Positions 1 through 10,664 of a stretch of DNA of 64,000 nucleotides are shown piece after piece. A program made the position numbers and the translations under genes. Source of the DNA: an uncultured Rivularia sp. (lineage in GTDB: Bacteria; Cyanobacteriota; Cyanobacteriia; Cyanobacteriales; Nostocaceae). Under the pieces are notes generated by a model that did not search any database, was not told the origin of the DNA, and saw only the letters and a list, made by a program, of their open reading frames with translations. The stretch is taken from positions 6,368,001 through 6,432,000 of the forward strand of contig OY762007.1 in the NCBI GenBank assembly GCA_963665115.1. Direction: 5' to 3'. The stretch's first letter is position 1. Every line of letters begins with the position of its first letter.

Positions 1-1169
1 ATGGAGCAAAAGCAGGTTCGTCTACTAATTCTGCAATATTAGCTAAATCGCTATTGATATTAACGATTAAACCATCTTCCGGTACCGGAATATTAGAATT
101 TATCGTCACGCTTAAAATAGGTGTTCCTGATTCGATAGAATCCACCAAATTAGGAGTAATTAAATTATCGTCAGCGTCAAATGTTCCTGCTAAAGTATCT
201 ATGGAAATAACTGGTAATTCATTCATCGGTGGTGCTGGATTATTCGCATCTTCTACATCAGTGATGCTGATAGTAATTGCACCATTCTCGGAATCTACTT
301 GATAACCTTCCCCATCAATTACCTCAAAAGTAAAAGATTCTGCTGCTTCATCCTCGTTTGCACCTTCATCAAATACTGGTAGAGTAATCGTAGCCGTAGG
401 TTCGGTAACGGTGACGAATATTCCACTATCCCCTTCAGCAGGAGCGGGAATTCCGCTGATTCCCGTTAATTCAATATTGAAAACATCAAATTCACTTAAT
501 GAGCGGCGTTGATTTTCAACGCTATTAGTGTCATTAATTAAAACTCTAATCCCTTCTGCTGGAATATCTCCATCAACAGTAAGAGTTAAAGTAATCGAAT
601 CTCCCTCAACTACATCAGTTTTATCAGCAGTTAAACCGACAATTGCATTCGTAGGTTTTGGTGTCGGTTCGGGATTGGGTTCGGGATTTGGTTCTGGATT
701 TGGTTCCGGTTTCCGTAGATGCGCTCGAAACATTAAAAGCTAAGGTATAATCGCTCGTTGCTCCTATTTGTTGTAAAGCAAAAGTATATTCACCGCTTGG
801 TAAAGCACCTTCAAAACCAATTGCATTTAGACCATTACCAACTTCATCTAAAATATCAGTACCAACTTGTCTGGGATTTCCGAATAAGGTATAGCCTAAA
901 ATATTTTCTCGAATCGCAGAATCATCAAGGGGTTCGGTAAAAGTATTTCCCTCTTGTACCCCAATAAAAGCCACATCCGACGGATTATAAGATTCCAACA
1001 CCACGGAATCTAACACAGAACCTTCGGGAACACTTACCGTCAAATATTCTTGGTCGCTATCTCCCGTACTAGCTGTAACTTTATTAGTTCCTTCGGACAA
1101 AGAAAGCTCTAACGGGTTTGTGGGATTATTAGAAATATCCCCATCAATCCTTTCATCGTAATTACTCAT
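1..1169 (-). CDS. Array paralog 1 (3' end outside window): secreted acidic modular protein with a distinct N-terminal domain, a PEPN linker and Calx-beta-like modules; +1 frameshift at T-run 710-712
   Basis: ORF 624..1169 goes out of frame in the linker (reads TKSRTKSRT). Removing one base gives TEPEPNPEPNPEPNPEPTPKP then VGLTADKTDVVEGDSITLTLTVDGDIPAEG..., closely matching an internal module of 22491..25817. The corrected frame stays open to position 1. Confidence 0.8.
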
Positions 1170-1361
1170 AATTAGGTTATAATTTTCAAAACAATATTTA
1201 ATGCGCTCAACCGCATGGTCAAGGCGATCGCAAATTTAAAGCAGTTAATATTTACTAGAAAATAAAAGTATAAAATTTATCCTCATAAATATTTTGAGGT
1301 TAATTGAACTTTCAATCCTTCAAATTCCCTTGCTGCTTATATTGACATTCTTTTAAGTAGG

Positions 1362-1453
1362 TTATTGCAAATAATTTTCAGTGTGTTGTTTACGTAAATT
1401 CTACTATAAATTTTCGTGAGTGAAAGTAGTAGTTTTATGAAGTTTTCGTTAAG
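1362..1453 (-). promoter_or_regulatory. Conserved promoter cassette A (Fur-family-like box, TTACGTAA, -10 element, 11-bp direct repeat)
   Basis: + strand TTATTGCAAATAATTTTCA...TTACGTAAATTCTACTATAAA...TTTATGAAGTTTTCGTTAAG, homologous to cassettes at 5751, 13603, 26110 and 28168; about 190 bp upstream of the 1169 start. Confidence 0.7.
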
Positions 1454-1540
1454 CAGTAGCGGTTGTGCAAAATTTGCATTTGGTGGTTGAACTGTTAGAG
1501 TAACGCAAACCCGACCATTTAATTACCAATAATACATAAA

Positions 1541-1709
1541 TGTAGAGACGTAGCACTGCTACGTCTCCCCGGATTTTGCGATTTATATTAATAATTTGGT
1601 TAATCGTAGGTGAATGGTATAATCCGTTCGGTTTTGTGCGGTGGTTGTTGGAGACGGTTTCGTTTTGTGCGGTGATTGATATGAGACGTAGCAGTGCTAC
1701 GTCTCTACA
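1541..1709. repeat. REP doublet (REPIN-like): two inverted GTAG-type palindromes
   Basis: TGTAGAGACGTAGCACTGCTACGTCTC at 1541 and an inverted copy GAGACGTAGCAGTGCTACGTCTCTACA ending 1709; homologous to 6968-7107. Confidence 0.8.
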
Positions 1710-1717
1710 CCAGTTAT

Positions 1718-4700
1718 TTATCCAAACGCAAAATTATCTGCAATTAAGCTATCAGTAGCAATTCCTTGCAAAATTGCTAATTCAGAATTATTTGCAGCAA
1801 TTAAGGTGTTATCATCCTGTTGAGAAATACTCAAATCATCAAAGCCGATTCCTAAGCCAGCGATACCGAGGACATCTTCACCGCTGGTAAAATCGGTTAT
1901 AACATTAGGTGCTCCAGGAATTTCGGCTGTTGCAATCCAGAATTGGTCTGCACCTGCGCCACCAGTAATGATATTATCACCACCACTCATAGCGAAGAAT
2001 TTATCAGCACCATCTCCACCAACAAGGCGATCGCCATTCCCTAAAATCAAAGTATCGTCACCGCTACCTGCATAAATCCGGTTTCCACCTTCGCTACCGA
2101 TAGAAGCGTCAATCAAATCATCGGAACTACCAGCGAAAGTAAACCCATTACTACCTTCGACTTCGATAACATCTCCCTCAAGAGAACCAAACACAGGTGG
2201 TACGGGTTCTGGTTCTGGTGCGGAAGTTAATTTAAAGCTGATGTCGTATTCACCAATATTAATGCCAAAGTCGGGGAAGATACGACCGCTACCTGTACCC
2301 GCTTCCAAGGGGTCGTAGGTGCGATTACCTAATTGCGCGACACCCGCATAATAAGTTCCGGCTTCCTCAGCAGTAAACTCTAAATAAGCATCACGGTTAG
2401 CGTTGAAGATTTCATCTGGTGCTGGTGCGCCGGTAACTAGGTCTAATTCGTTACCTTCTGCATCAAATAGACGCAGTTCGGAATCCAACCTTTGTGTTTC
2501 TTCAATTCCTTCAATTTCGTAGGGTATTGAATCTACATCAACGCTGACTGTATCTCCAGCTTGTAATTCAAAGCTGTACATATCAACGTCTTCGGAAGCA
2601 TCGACTAAGTTACGAGTTGCGCGAGCGGAATCGATTTCACCGCTAACGGTTAAGGTGGGACTGTCTGCGCTTAAACCTGTGATAATTGCGTCAGTAATTG
2701 TATCATTACCTTCGCTAAGGTCGGGGCCTGATTCACCTGGTTCTTCTGGTTCTTCGGGTTCTTCTGGAAATGCTACAGAGTCTGGATTATCGGAAATGCT
2801 GTAGGTGACGGAAGCGTTATCCGAAGCGATGCTATAACCGGGACTTTCAATTAAGGAAAGCGTAAATTCTTCAATTCCTTCTAAAGCGTCTTCTGCATCA
2901 ATTTCCGGATTGGTGGTTTCGTCAAAAACATTTAAGGTAATACTAGCTCCGTCTTCAAAAGCTCGGAAGTATAAACCGGAGGAGGAAAAGTTAGTGGTGG
3001 GGAAAACTCCTCCACTCACTTCTGCTTCAAAAATATTAAACTCACCAACTGCTGCCCTTTCATCTGTATTAGCGTAAATTAATACGCCGTCTTCAGGAAT
3101 TTCACCATCAATATTGAAACTGAAGGTAACACCTGTTGCTTCGGATTCAATTAGGTTAGTTTCGCTGATATTAATTCCAACGGTGGGTTCGGAAGTCGGA
3201 GCGGGAACATCGGCTAAGGTATCGTATACGGTGACGGAAGTTGTTGCTGCACTTTCGTTAACGACGTAACCAGTTGATGATTCTAAAGCAAAGTTTAGTA
3301 CTTCTGGCCCATCAGTTTCCGCTTCTTCTAGGTCTTCAATATCGATACTAATTAAAGCATTCGGACCAGTTGCTAAGAAACGAATACCGCTAGGATTACC
3401 GCTATCATCGTATACCGCTCCGATAACTTCTCCACCTAGAGTAAAAGGCGATCGCCCTAATCCCCCAAAGTATTCAGTAAGGTCAAAGTCGCTGTTGATA
3501 ACAACTTCCACACCATCTTCAGGAATTTCTCCTTCTACCTTCAAGGCTAAAGATAAGAGAGAAGCACCTCTTTGTTCTCCGAGAAATTCAACTAAATTGG
3601 GAGCTAAAACGGTATCGCGTAATTCGCTGCGTTCTCCGTTAAAGGTACCATATACCGATTGCAGAGAAACTGTTGGCCCGCTGCCATCTCCGGGAGTAAT
3701 TTCTGTTGCTGAAGGAGTATTATCTGTATTCAGACTGAGATTAAGGGTGTATTCCCCACTGCTGCGTCCGGTACCGCTAGCGGGTTCTGTAGGTTCGTAT
3801 GGGTTATTTTCACCTGGATCGAAATTCTCAAATTCACCATTCGGGTAACTGCTAATTCCCGCATAATAAGTACCATCAGTTTCCGCTGTATACTCAATGT
3901 AGGAATCTCGGAAAGCCAAGAAAGTTTCACCTGGTGCCCCGTCATCATCGCTTATAGCTAGTTGATTTCCTTCTGCATCAAATAAACGCAGTGCTGTATC
4001 TAAATCGGAAGGGTTTTCCAAATTAGTTTGACTAGCATCTGTATCCAGACGAACGGTGTCTCCGGCTTTTAAATCAAAGGAGTAAAGGTCAACATCTTCG
4101 GTAAAATCAACATACAACCTTCCATCTTCAAGTTCGTAGCGGTTGCTGTTGTTATAGTCAATCTCTCCAGTGATGGAAACTTGAGAATTAGCTTGATTTA
4201 AGCCTGACGCTTGAGCTAGTTCGAGAGTGTCGTTAGGTTCGCTAACTTCTTCGGTAGCGGGAGGAATTTGTTCTACGGTATCCACTAAATTGAAAGTACC
4301 GCTGTTAGCTTCTGGATTTACTTGATAACCGTCACCAGATTGTAAAGTAAAGACAGCAGTTTCTAATCCTTCATCTGCACCGTCATTTGCAACAGGTAAA
4401 TTAATAGTTGCCGATTGTTCGGTAATTGTAAACTGCAATTGGGGAGGAGAACTTTCGAGAATTTCAATATCACCAGAAATTCCAGTGGTTTCAATTCCTG
4501 TAGCGTCAAATTCTTCTAAACCATCAGCAGTGACTCTAACAGTTATCCCTTCTTCAGGTGGTGGCGAACTGAGACTAAAATTATGAACCCCAACAGTTGT
4601 TTCTGCTTCAACTAAAGTTTGTGGTTCAATAGTATAGCTAACTTGAATTTGAGAATCGGGATTATCCGCAATAGTTACACTTACTTCACCAGCATCGTCA

Positions 4701-5567
4701 CTAACCGAATATGAAGGGTCCATTGACTACTTCAAAGGTAAATTCTTGAACTCCTTCAACAATTCCCTCTTCAATTTCCGGATTGGTGGTTTCATCAAAA
4801 GCAGGTACGGTAATTGATGCTCCATCTTCGAGAATTTTGAAGTAAAAACCACTAGCAGCAAAGTTGGGGAAAGGAGTTGTACTACCAGAAATTTCCGCGT
4901 TAAAAACGTCGAATTCCCCTAAAGCACCTCTGCTAGGGCTATTAACATAAACTAATATCCCATCGGAGGGAACATCACCATCAACATTAAAAGTAAACGT
5001 AGTGGTATTTCCTTCGCTTTCCACTAGTTGATTTTCGTTTACATTCAAGCTAACTTCAGGAAAACCACCTTCCGGAGCATCGATAGCTGGTAAATCATCT
5101 AAACTGTCATTGAAAACTACAGTTGAAGAACTATTATCAGCATCAACAGTGTAACCAGAACCAGCTTCTAAACTAAAAGTTGCTTGTTCAACACCGTCTG
5201 TTTCGGCTTCATCTTTGTTTTCCAAAGGTAAACTAAGCAAAGCATTCGGACTATTAACTAATAGACGAACACCCGTTGCTACTCCTTCGTCGTTATAAAC
5301 AGCTTCTATAACTTCCGCTCCAAAGGTTAGAGGAGTTCTACCTAAATTAGCGAAATAATCAGTTAAAGCGATATCGCTGTTAATTACAACTTCTACACCA
5401 CCTTCAGGAATATCACCTTCGGTTTGTAAGCTGAGAACTAAAATTGATGAACCTGGTTGCTCTCCGAGGGATTCTACTAAACTTTCAGTAAGAAGAGTAT
5501 CTCGTAGCTCGGTTCTTTCACCATTAAATGTACCAGTTAAAGTTTGCAGGGAAATGTTTGGTGACAT
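1718..5567 (-). CDS. Array paralog 2: secreted acidic protein with Calx-beta-like modules, two PPC/DVUA0089-like domains and an RTX-like C-terminal tail; +1 frameshift at G-run 4716-4718
   Basis: ORFs 4701..5567 and 1718..4723 join as ...EVVNGPSYSVSDDAGEV. Motifs EPNDT..A, DVDLYSF.L.AGD, D..LRLFDAEGN, GTYYAG; tail with [24 protein letters not shown] ending DNFAFG. Confidence 0.8.
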
Positions 5568-5603
5568 GATGTTTGTTTGTGATTTTTAATTGACGTGGTA
5601 AAT

Positions 5604-5632
5604 GTGGAGACGCGATATATCGCGTCTCTACA
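5604..5632. repeat. GTAG-type palindromic REP-like element
   Basis: GAGACGCGATATATCGCGTCTCTACA, a perfect palindrome with the same outer stem as the other copies. Confidence 0.75.
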
Positions 5633-5750
5633 AGATTGTGGTTATTCTCAGTCAAAAGAAGCGATTATGTCGGGTTAGTAATTTTTGACTTGTGAAAAGT
5701 ACATTGCCCTCATTTATCCAGATGCACTACTAATAGAATAAATTTTTATT

Positions 5751-5840
5751 TTGTTGAGAATATATTTCATTAAACTTCTTACGTAAATCATACTATACAT
5801 TTGAGATTGTCTAGTATTTTTTTATAAACTTTTATGTGCG
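5751..5840 (-). promoter_or_regulatory. Conserved promoter cassette B
   Basis: TTGTTGAGAATATATTTCA...TTACGTAAATCATACTATA, with the same spacing as cassette A, upstream of the 5567 start. Confidence 0.65.
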
Positions 5841-6074
5841 TACTGCTTTTTTAGAGTCGAATCATTAAAACAATTACACCTGTAATGGGGATTGGAGATG
5901 GGGAGAGGGGGGAAGAGAGCAGTGAGCAGAGAAGGCAGGGGAGAAAAGGCTAAGAAAAATGAAATTGCTTCCTCCGCTCCTAACTCATAACTCCTAACTA
6001 CTTCCTACTCCCTATTGCCGGAAATATGATTCAATATATCCCAGGTTTAATAAATAATTGCAGCAAAATCCTTT

Positions 6075-6938
6075 ATGCGTCGAGATTCGATTTTTTATAA
6101 GCTGTTTCAACAATATCCACCTTTACTGTTTGAATTGTTGACAAATCCACCAGAGAATGCTTCTGAATACACATTTGATTCCAAAGCCGTTAAAGAAACA
6201 AAATTTGAAATCGATGGGGTGTTCGTACCACCGGAAAATAAAAGTCCAGGAGTGGTTTACTTCGTAGAAGTACAATTTCAAAAGGATGAAAAATTGTATG
6301 AGCGATTATTTGCGGAATCTTATCTATATTTCTACCGAAACCGCGATGACTTTAGCGATTTACAGATGGTTATAATTTATCCGTCACGAAGCATCGAACA
6401 AAGTAAAATTCGTCCTTACCGGAATCTGCTCAACAGCGATCAGGTAAATCGGATATATTTGGATGAATTAGGGGATATTCGCGAATTACCTTTGGAAGTA
6501 GCGGTAATGCTGTTGACTACGGTTTCCGAGGAGCAAGCACCAGAAGAAGCTAGGTATTTATTACAAAGAACTCAACAGGAAAATCCTCAACCTTCTTCTC
6601 AAGCCATAATAGAACTAATTACGACGATAATAGCCTACAAGTTTGTACAATTTAGTCGAAGGGAGGTAGAAGAGATGTTAGGGATTACGTTTGAAGAAAC
6701 CCAATTTTATCGGGATATTAGAGAAGAAGCACTACAAGAAGGAGAACAAAGGGGACGAGAAAGAGAACGAAACCTTATTCTCCGTCTGCTAACTCGACGG
6801 GTGGGAGAATTATCCCCAGAAGTGCGAGAAAAAGTTGAAAATCTCTCCTTAGAACAATTAGAAAATCTTGGTGAAGCACTGCTTGATTTTAACAGCATGG
6901 GTGATTTACAAGTTTGGTTGGATGGGAATAAGGAATAA
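6075..6938 (+). CDS. Rpn-family recombination-promoting nuclease / putative transposase (DUF2887-type PD-(D/E)xK domain plus C-terminal DUF4351-type helical domain)
   Basis: N-terminus MRRDSIFYKLFQ, VKETKFEIDGVF, YFVEVQFQKD, RIYLDEL; C-terminus LILRLLTRRVGEL...LSLEQLENLGEALLDF, typical of this cyanobacterial family. Confidence 0.9.
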   Translation: MRRDSIFYKLFQQYPPLLFELLTNPPENASEYTFDSKAVKETKFEIDGVFVPPENKSPGVVYFVEVQFQKDEKLYERLFAESYLYFYRNRDDFSDLQMVIIYPSRSIEQSKIRPYRNLLNSDQVNRIYLDELGDIRELPLEVAVMLLTTVSEEQAPEEARYLLQRTQQENPQPSSQAIIELITTIIAYKFVQFSRREVEEMLGITFEETQFYRDIREEALQEGEQRGRERERNLILRLLTRRVGELSPEVREKVENLSLEQLENLGEALLDFNSMGDLQVWLDGNKE

Positions 6939-6967
6939 CGATTAATTTAGGTAATACACATAACTAA

Positions 6968-7107
6968 TGTAGAGACGTAGCAGTGCTACGTCTCCCCGGA
7001 TTTAGCGATTTATATCAACAATTTGGTGAATCGTCGTAGGTGAATAGAATAATCCCTTTGGTTTTGTCCGCTGATTGTTGGAGACGTAGCACTGCTACGT
7101 CTCTACA
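6968..7107. repeat. REP doublet (REPIN-like), homolog of 1541-1709
   Basis: Inverted GTAGAGACGTAGCA(G/C)TGCTACGTCTC pair with a similar spacer (CCCGGATTT.GCGATTTATAT...TCGTAGGTGAAT). Confidence 0.8.
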
Positions 7108-7115
7108 CCAGTTAT

Positions 7116-10100
7116 TTAACCAAACGCAAAGTTATCTACACTCAAACTATCCATACCAACACCCTGCAAAATCGCTAACTCAGAATTATTCGCAGCAATC
7201 AAGATATTATCATCTTGCTGAGTAATACTCAAATCATCAAAACCGATACCCAAACCAGCTATACCTAAAACATCTTCACCGCTGGTAAAGTCGGTTATGA
7301 CATTCGCTGCGTCGGGAATTTCAGCCGTAGCAATCCAGAATTGGTCGGCACCTTCTCCACCAGTAATGATATTATCACCACCGCTCATCACAAAAAACTT
7401 ATCTTCACCAACACCACCAACAATTCTATCTGAAGTTCCCATTATTACAGTATCGTCACCGCTACCGGAATAAATACGATTATTACCTTCGCTACCAATA
7501 GAAGCGTCAATTAAATCATCGGAATCACCAGCAAAGATTAGGCGATCGCTACCTTCAACTTCAACAACATCGACCTTAATTGTCCCGAATATGTTTTCAA
7601 AAGTAGATTCTATTGGTTCGCTTTTACCTGCTGTTAATTCGACATTGAGTTCGTATTCTCCCGAAAAAACGCCGATTTCTGGAAAAATCCAACCGCTACC
7701 GCTACGCTCGACATTTGGGTCATAGTTGCGGTTTCCTAATTGACTTATTCCTACGTAATAATTACCAGTTTCTTCAGCGGTAAATTCAAGGTAAGGATCT
7801 CTCCCGGCTGGTTCGTCTGGTGCTGCTGCGTTGTTTACTCGAACTATTTCGTTACCGTCAGCATCAAATAAACGCAGCTCGGAATCTAACCTTTGTTCTA
7901 CTTGTGGAAATCTTGCGGTTTCAAAGGGGATGGAATCAATATCAATTTTTACGGTATCTCCCGATTTTAATTCCAAGCTGTAAAAATCTACGTCTTCGGA
8001 AAAATCTCGATAATCTGCTCTTTCTACTCCGTCTTCTCTGGGGAAGAGATTTCCTTTTACTCTAGCGCTAGTGTTTTGCGGATTGAGATTTAAGTCAACT
8101 GCTTGTGATATGGTGTCATTTGGGCCGGTTTCTTCAGCAGGTGCGGGAGTTTGTTCGGGAATATCTACTATAGTGAATGTGGTTTGATTATTTTCTGCAT
8201 TGACGAAATAGTTATCGGAATTTTCAATTAGCGCAAAACTTGCTGTTTCTACTTTTTCTGCTTCACCGTCGGATAATACGGGTAATTCAACTGTAGCGGT
8301 GGTTTCTTTGATATTGAGCAAAAATTCCGTATCGGTAACTTCGGTAATTTCTCCCCCAATAACTTCAACTGTTTCTAAATCAAATTCTGACAAGTTGGTT
8401 GCGTTAACCGTTACTGTAACTCCGTCTGATGGTGGTGGTGCTGTGAGGTTAAATTTATGAATGCTCTTGGTATTTTCCGACTCAATTAAAATTTCGGGTT
8501 CCCCACTCAAGCTGACTTCAACTACAGAATCGGGATTATCTCCAACGATAAAGTTAATTGCTCCAGCATTTTCGTTGATAGTATATAGCGAAGTTTCTTG
8601 TAGAGCAAAATTATAGCTTTGCAATCCTTCTGATATTGGATTGGGGAAAACTGAAAAGTTAATTGATGCTTCTTGCTCGGTTATTTTGAAGTAGAAACCG
8701 CTGAATTCACCGTTGGGAAAGGGAAAAGCACCTCCAGATACTTCTGCATTCAATACATCAAATTCTGCAAGCGCTGGTTTGTCTGCTTTAAGATAAACTA
8801 GTACACCTTCTTCTGGAGGAGGTTCGCTTAAAGTAAATTTGAGCGTGGTTTCCGATGCTTCGGATTCATATAGTTCGCTGTTAGTAATCGAAATGCTGAC
8901 TTCTGGGATAACTTCGGGTATGGGAGCTTGTTCTGGATTATCGTAAAAAGTTGCGGTAATTTGATTTTTAGCTTCAGATACCCCGTAACCTTCTCCTGCT
9001 TCTAAGAAAAATGTCGCTTCTTCTGGCCCATCGGTTTCAGGTTCTACTAATTCTCCTCGCAATTGAGTTCTAGCATTCAAGGGGAAGAAAGTTTTGGGTT
9101 GAAAAACTCGTAACTGCACCCCCGTTTCTCTTCCGGTGTCATCCGTCACCACATCAATTAATTCCGCACCAGGGGAAAAGGGAGCAGAGATTAGCGATCG
9201 CACCGTAAAATAATCTCGTAAATAAGTATCGCTGTTTATCGTTACCAGAATACCCTCTTCCGGAATTTCACCTTCGGTTTCCAAAAGTAAAGTTAAGATG
9301 GAACCTTGAATTGGCAGCCCTTCGACTAAATTATTACTAATTAAGTTGTCTTCACCATCGTAAGTTGCGCCCAGGAAATCTAAAGAAACCGTTGGTTCTC
9401 CCGGTGCTGCGATATCAACAGTTTCCGGAGGAGTATTATTGCTTCTATCCAACTGTGGAGCAACTAAAAGCGGATTTTCTGGATTTAAAGTAATTTGTAA
9501 ATCGTATTCGCCAATTCCCCGGTAATCTAAACCACCGCGACTGTCTCCATCTCCAGTTTCAGGTACAAAAGGATTATAAGCTCTTTCCTTATACTGTTCC
9601 GGGTCGCCAAATAAATCTCCGCCAAATCGGTAGGGAGTTCCATTAGTAAAAACACTTAACCCCAAGTAATAGCTGCCGTCCGCAGGAGCTTGAAATTCTA
9701 AGTATGGGTCGGTAGAAGTTGCAAATAATTCCCCAGCACCCGAACCCAAATCTTTCGCAGCTAATTCATTCCCCGACTCATCGAACAACCGAAAAATTAC
9801 ATTTCCTTGAGTGCGATCGCGTTCCAAATCGGGAATAGCTGGATTACCTTTAACAACCGCATCAATGTCAAAAGCAACAATATCATCAGCTTTCAAATCA
9901 ACTTGATAAAAATCTACATCTTCGGTTCCATCAACATAAGTAAAGCTACCATCCGGATTTTGATAGCGATTGCCAATATCAAAATCTAAACTACCACTCA
10001 ACGTCACCTGGGGATTTTCCGAACTAATTCCCGAATCTACCGCAAGCGGAATAGTATCATTCGGTTCGCTGACATTAAACGGAATTTTCTCTACTGTATC

Positions 10101-10478
10101 GGTAATATTGAAACTACCACCGCTCAAATCAGAATTTACCTCATATCCATCACCAGATTCTAAAGTGAAAGTCGCAGTTTCCAAACCCTCAGCTTCCCCA
10201 TCAGCAGCAACAGGAAGATTAATTAAAGTAGTTAAATCGGTTAATCTTAAATCAAAACCATCCTCGCGGACGTTGACAATTTCTCCATCAATAACTTCTA
10301 TATTATTTAAATCAAATTCGCTCAGATTAGTAGCTTTAACAGAAACAATCAATCCATCTTCAGGTATTATCCCCCCAGTCACATTAAAAACGTGAGCGCT
10401 AAATGTTTGATTATTTTCGACTAAATAATTCGGACCTAGATTCAAGCTAACTTTGGGTAAACCAGTTGTTGAAGCCAT
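7116..10478 (-). CDS. Array paralog 3: secreted acidic protein, Calx-beta-like modules, two PPC-like domains, RTX-like tail (1120 aa)
   Basis: Intact ORF, colinear with paralog 6 but lacking its first module; ends DNFAFG. Confidence 0.85.
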   Translation of the reverse strand: MASTTGLPKVSLNLGPNYLVENNQTFSAHVFNVTGGIIPEDGLIVSVKATNLSEFDLNNIEVIDGEIVNVREDGFDLRLTDLTTLINLPVAADGEAEGLETATFTLESGDGYEVNSDLSGGSFNITDTVEKIPFNVSEPNDTIPLAVDSGISSENPQVTLSGSLDFDIGNRYQNPDGSFTYVDGTEDVDFYQVDLKADDIVAFDIDAVVKGNPAIPDLERDRTQGNVIFRLFDESGNELAAKDLGSGAGELFATSTDPYLEFQAPADGSYYLGLSVFTNGTPYRFGGDLFGDPEQYKERAYNPFVPETGDGDSRGGLDYRGIGEYDLQITLNPENPLLVAPQLDRSNNTPPETVDIAAPGEPTVSLDFLGATYDGEDNLISNNLVEGLPIQGSILTLLLETEGEIPEEGILVTINSDTYLRDYFTVRSLISAPFSPGAELIDVVTDDTGRETGVQLRVFQPKTFFPLNARTQLRGELVEPETDGPEEATFFLEAGEGYGVSEAKNQITATFYDNPEQAPIPEVIPEVSISITNSELYESEASETTLKFTLSEPPPEEGVLVYLKADKPALAEFDVLNAEVSGGAFPFPNGEFSGFYFKITEQEASINFSVFPNPISEGLQSYNFALQETSLYTINENAGAINFIVGDNPDSVVEVSLSGEPEILIESENTKSIHKFNLTAPPPSDGVTVTVNATNLSEFDLETVEVIGGEITEVTDTEFLLNIKETTATVELPVLSDGEAEKVETASFALIENSDNYFVNAENNQTTFTIVDIPEQTPAPAEETGPNDTISQAVDLNLNPQNTSARVKGNLFPREDGVERADYRDFSEDVDFYSLELKSGDTVKIDIDSIPFETARFPQVEQRLDSELRLFDADGNEIVRVNNAAAPDEPAGRDPYLEFTAEETGNYYVGISQLGNRNYDPNVERSGSGWIFPEIGVFSGEYELNVELTAGKSEPIESTFENIFGTIKVDVVEVEGSDRLIFAGDSDDLIDASIGSEGNNRIYSGSGDDTVIMGTSDRIVGGVGEDKFFVMSGGDNIITGGEGADQFWIATAEIPDAANVITDFTSGEDVLGIAGLGIGFDDLSITQQDDNILIAANNSELAILQGVGMDSLSVDNFAFG

Positions 10479-10520
10479 GATATTTTTATTGATTATTGAG
10501 AGATTTAAATTCTCGTTAAA

Positions 10521-10629
10521 TTCTCGTTACAAGGCTCTGCCTTGTGACGCAGGTTTTAGAAGGCTCTGCCTTCTACTTGTAAGGCAGAGCCTTAAGAATA
10601 TGGGTTCCCAGCCAGAGACTGGGAACCAG
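10521..10629. repeat. Palindromic small dispersed repeat (AGGCTCTGCC/GGCAGAGCCT family)
   Basis: Nested inverted repeats AAGGCTCTGCCTT...AAGGCAGAGCCTT and GGTTCCCAG...CTGGGAACC; a related copy lies in frame in PKS1 at about 40933-41002. Confidence 0.65.
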
Positions 10630-10664
10630 TTATGAATCAATTCACGGAAAAACGATAAATTGGA

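Noticed and set aside
1576..1758. Small ORFs 1576..1758 and 7040..7225 with similar sequence
   Set aside because: The similarity comes from the duplicated REP doublet and the antisense of the conserved gene tail.
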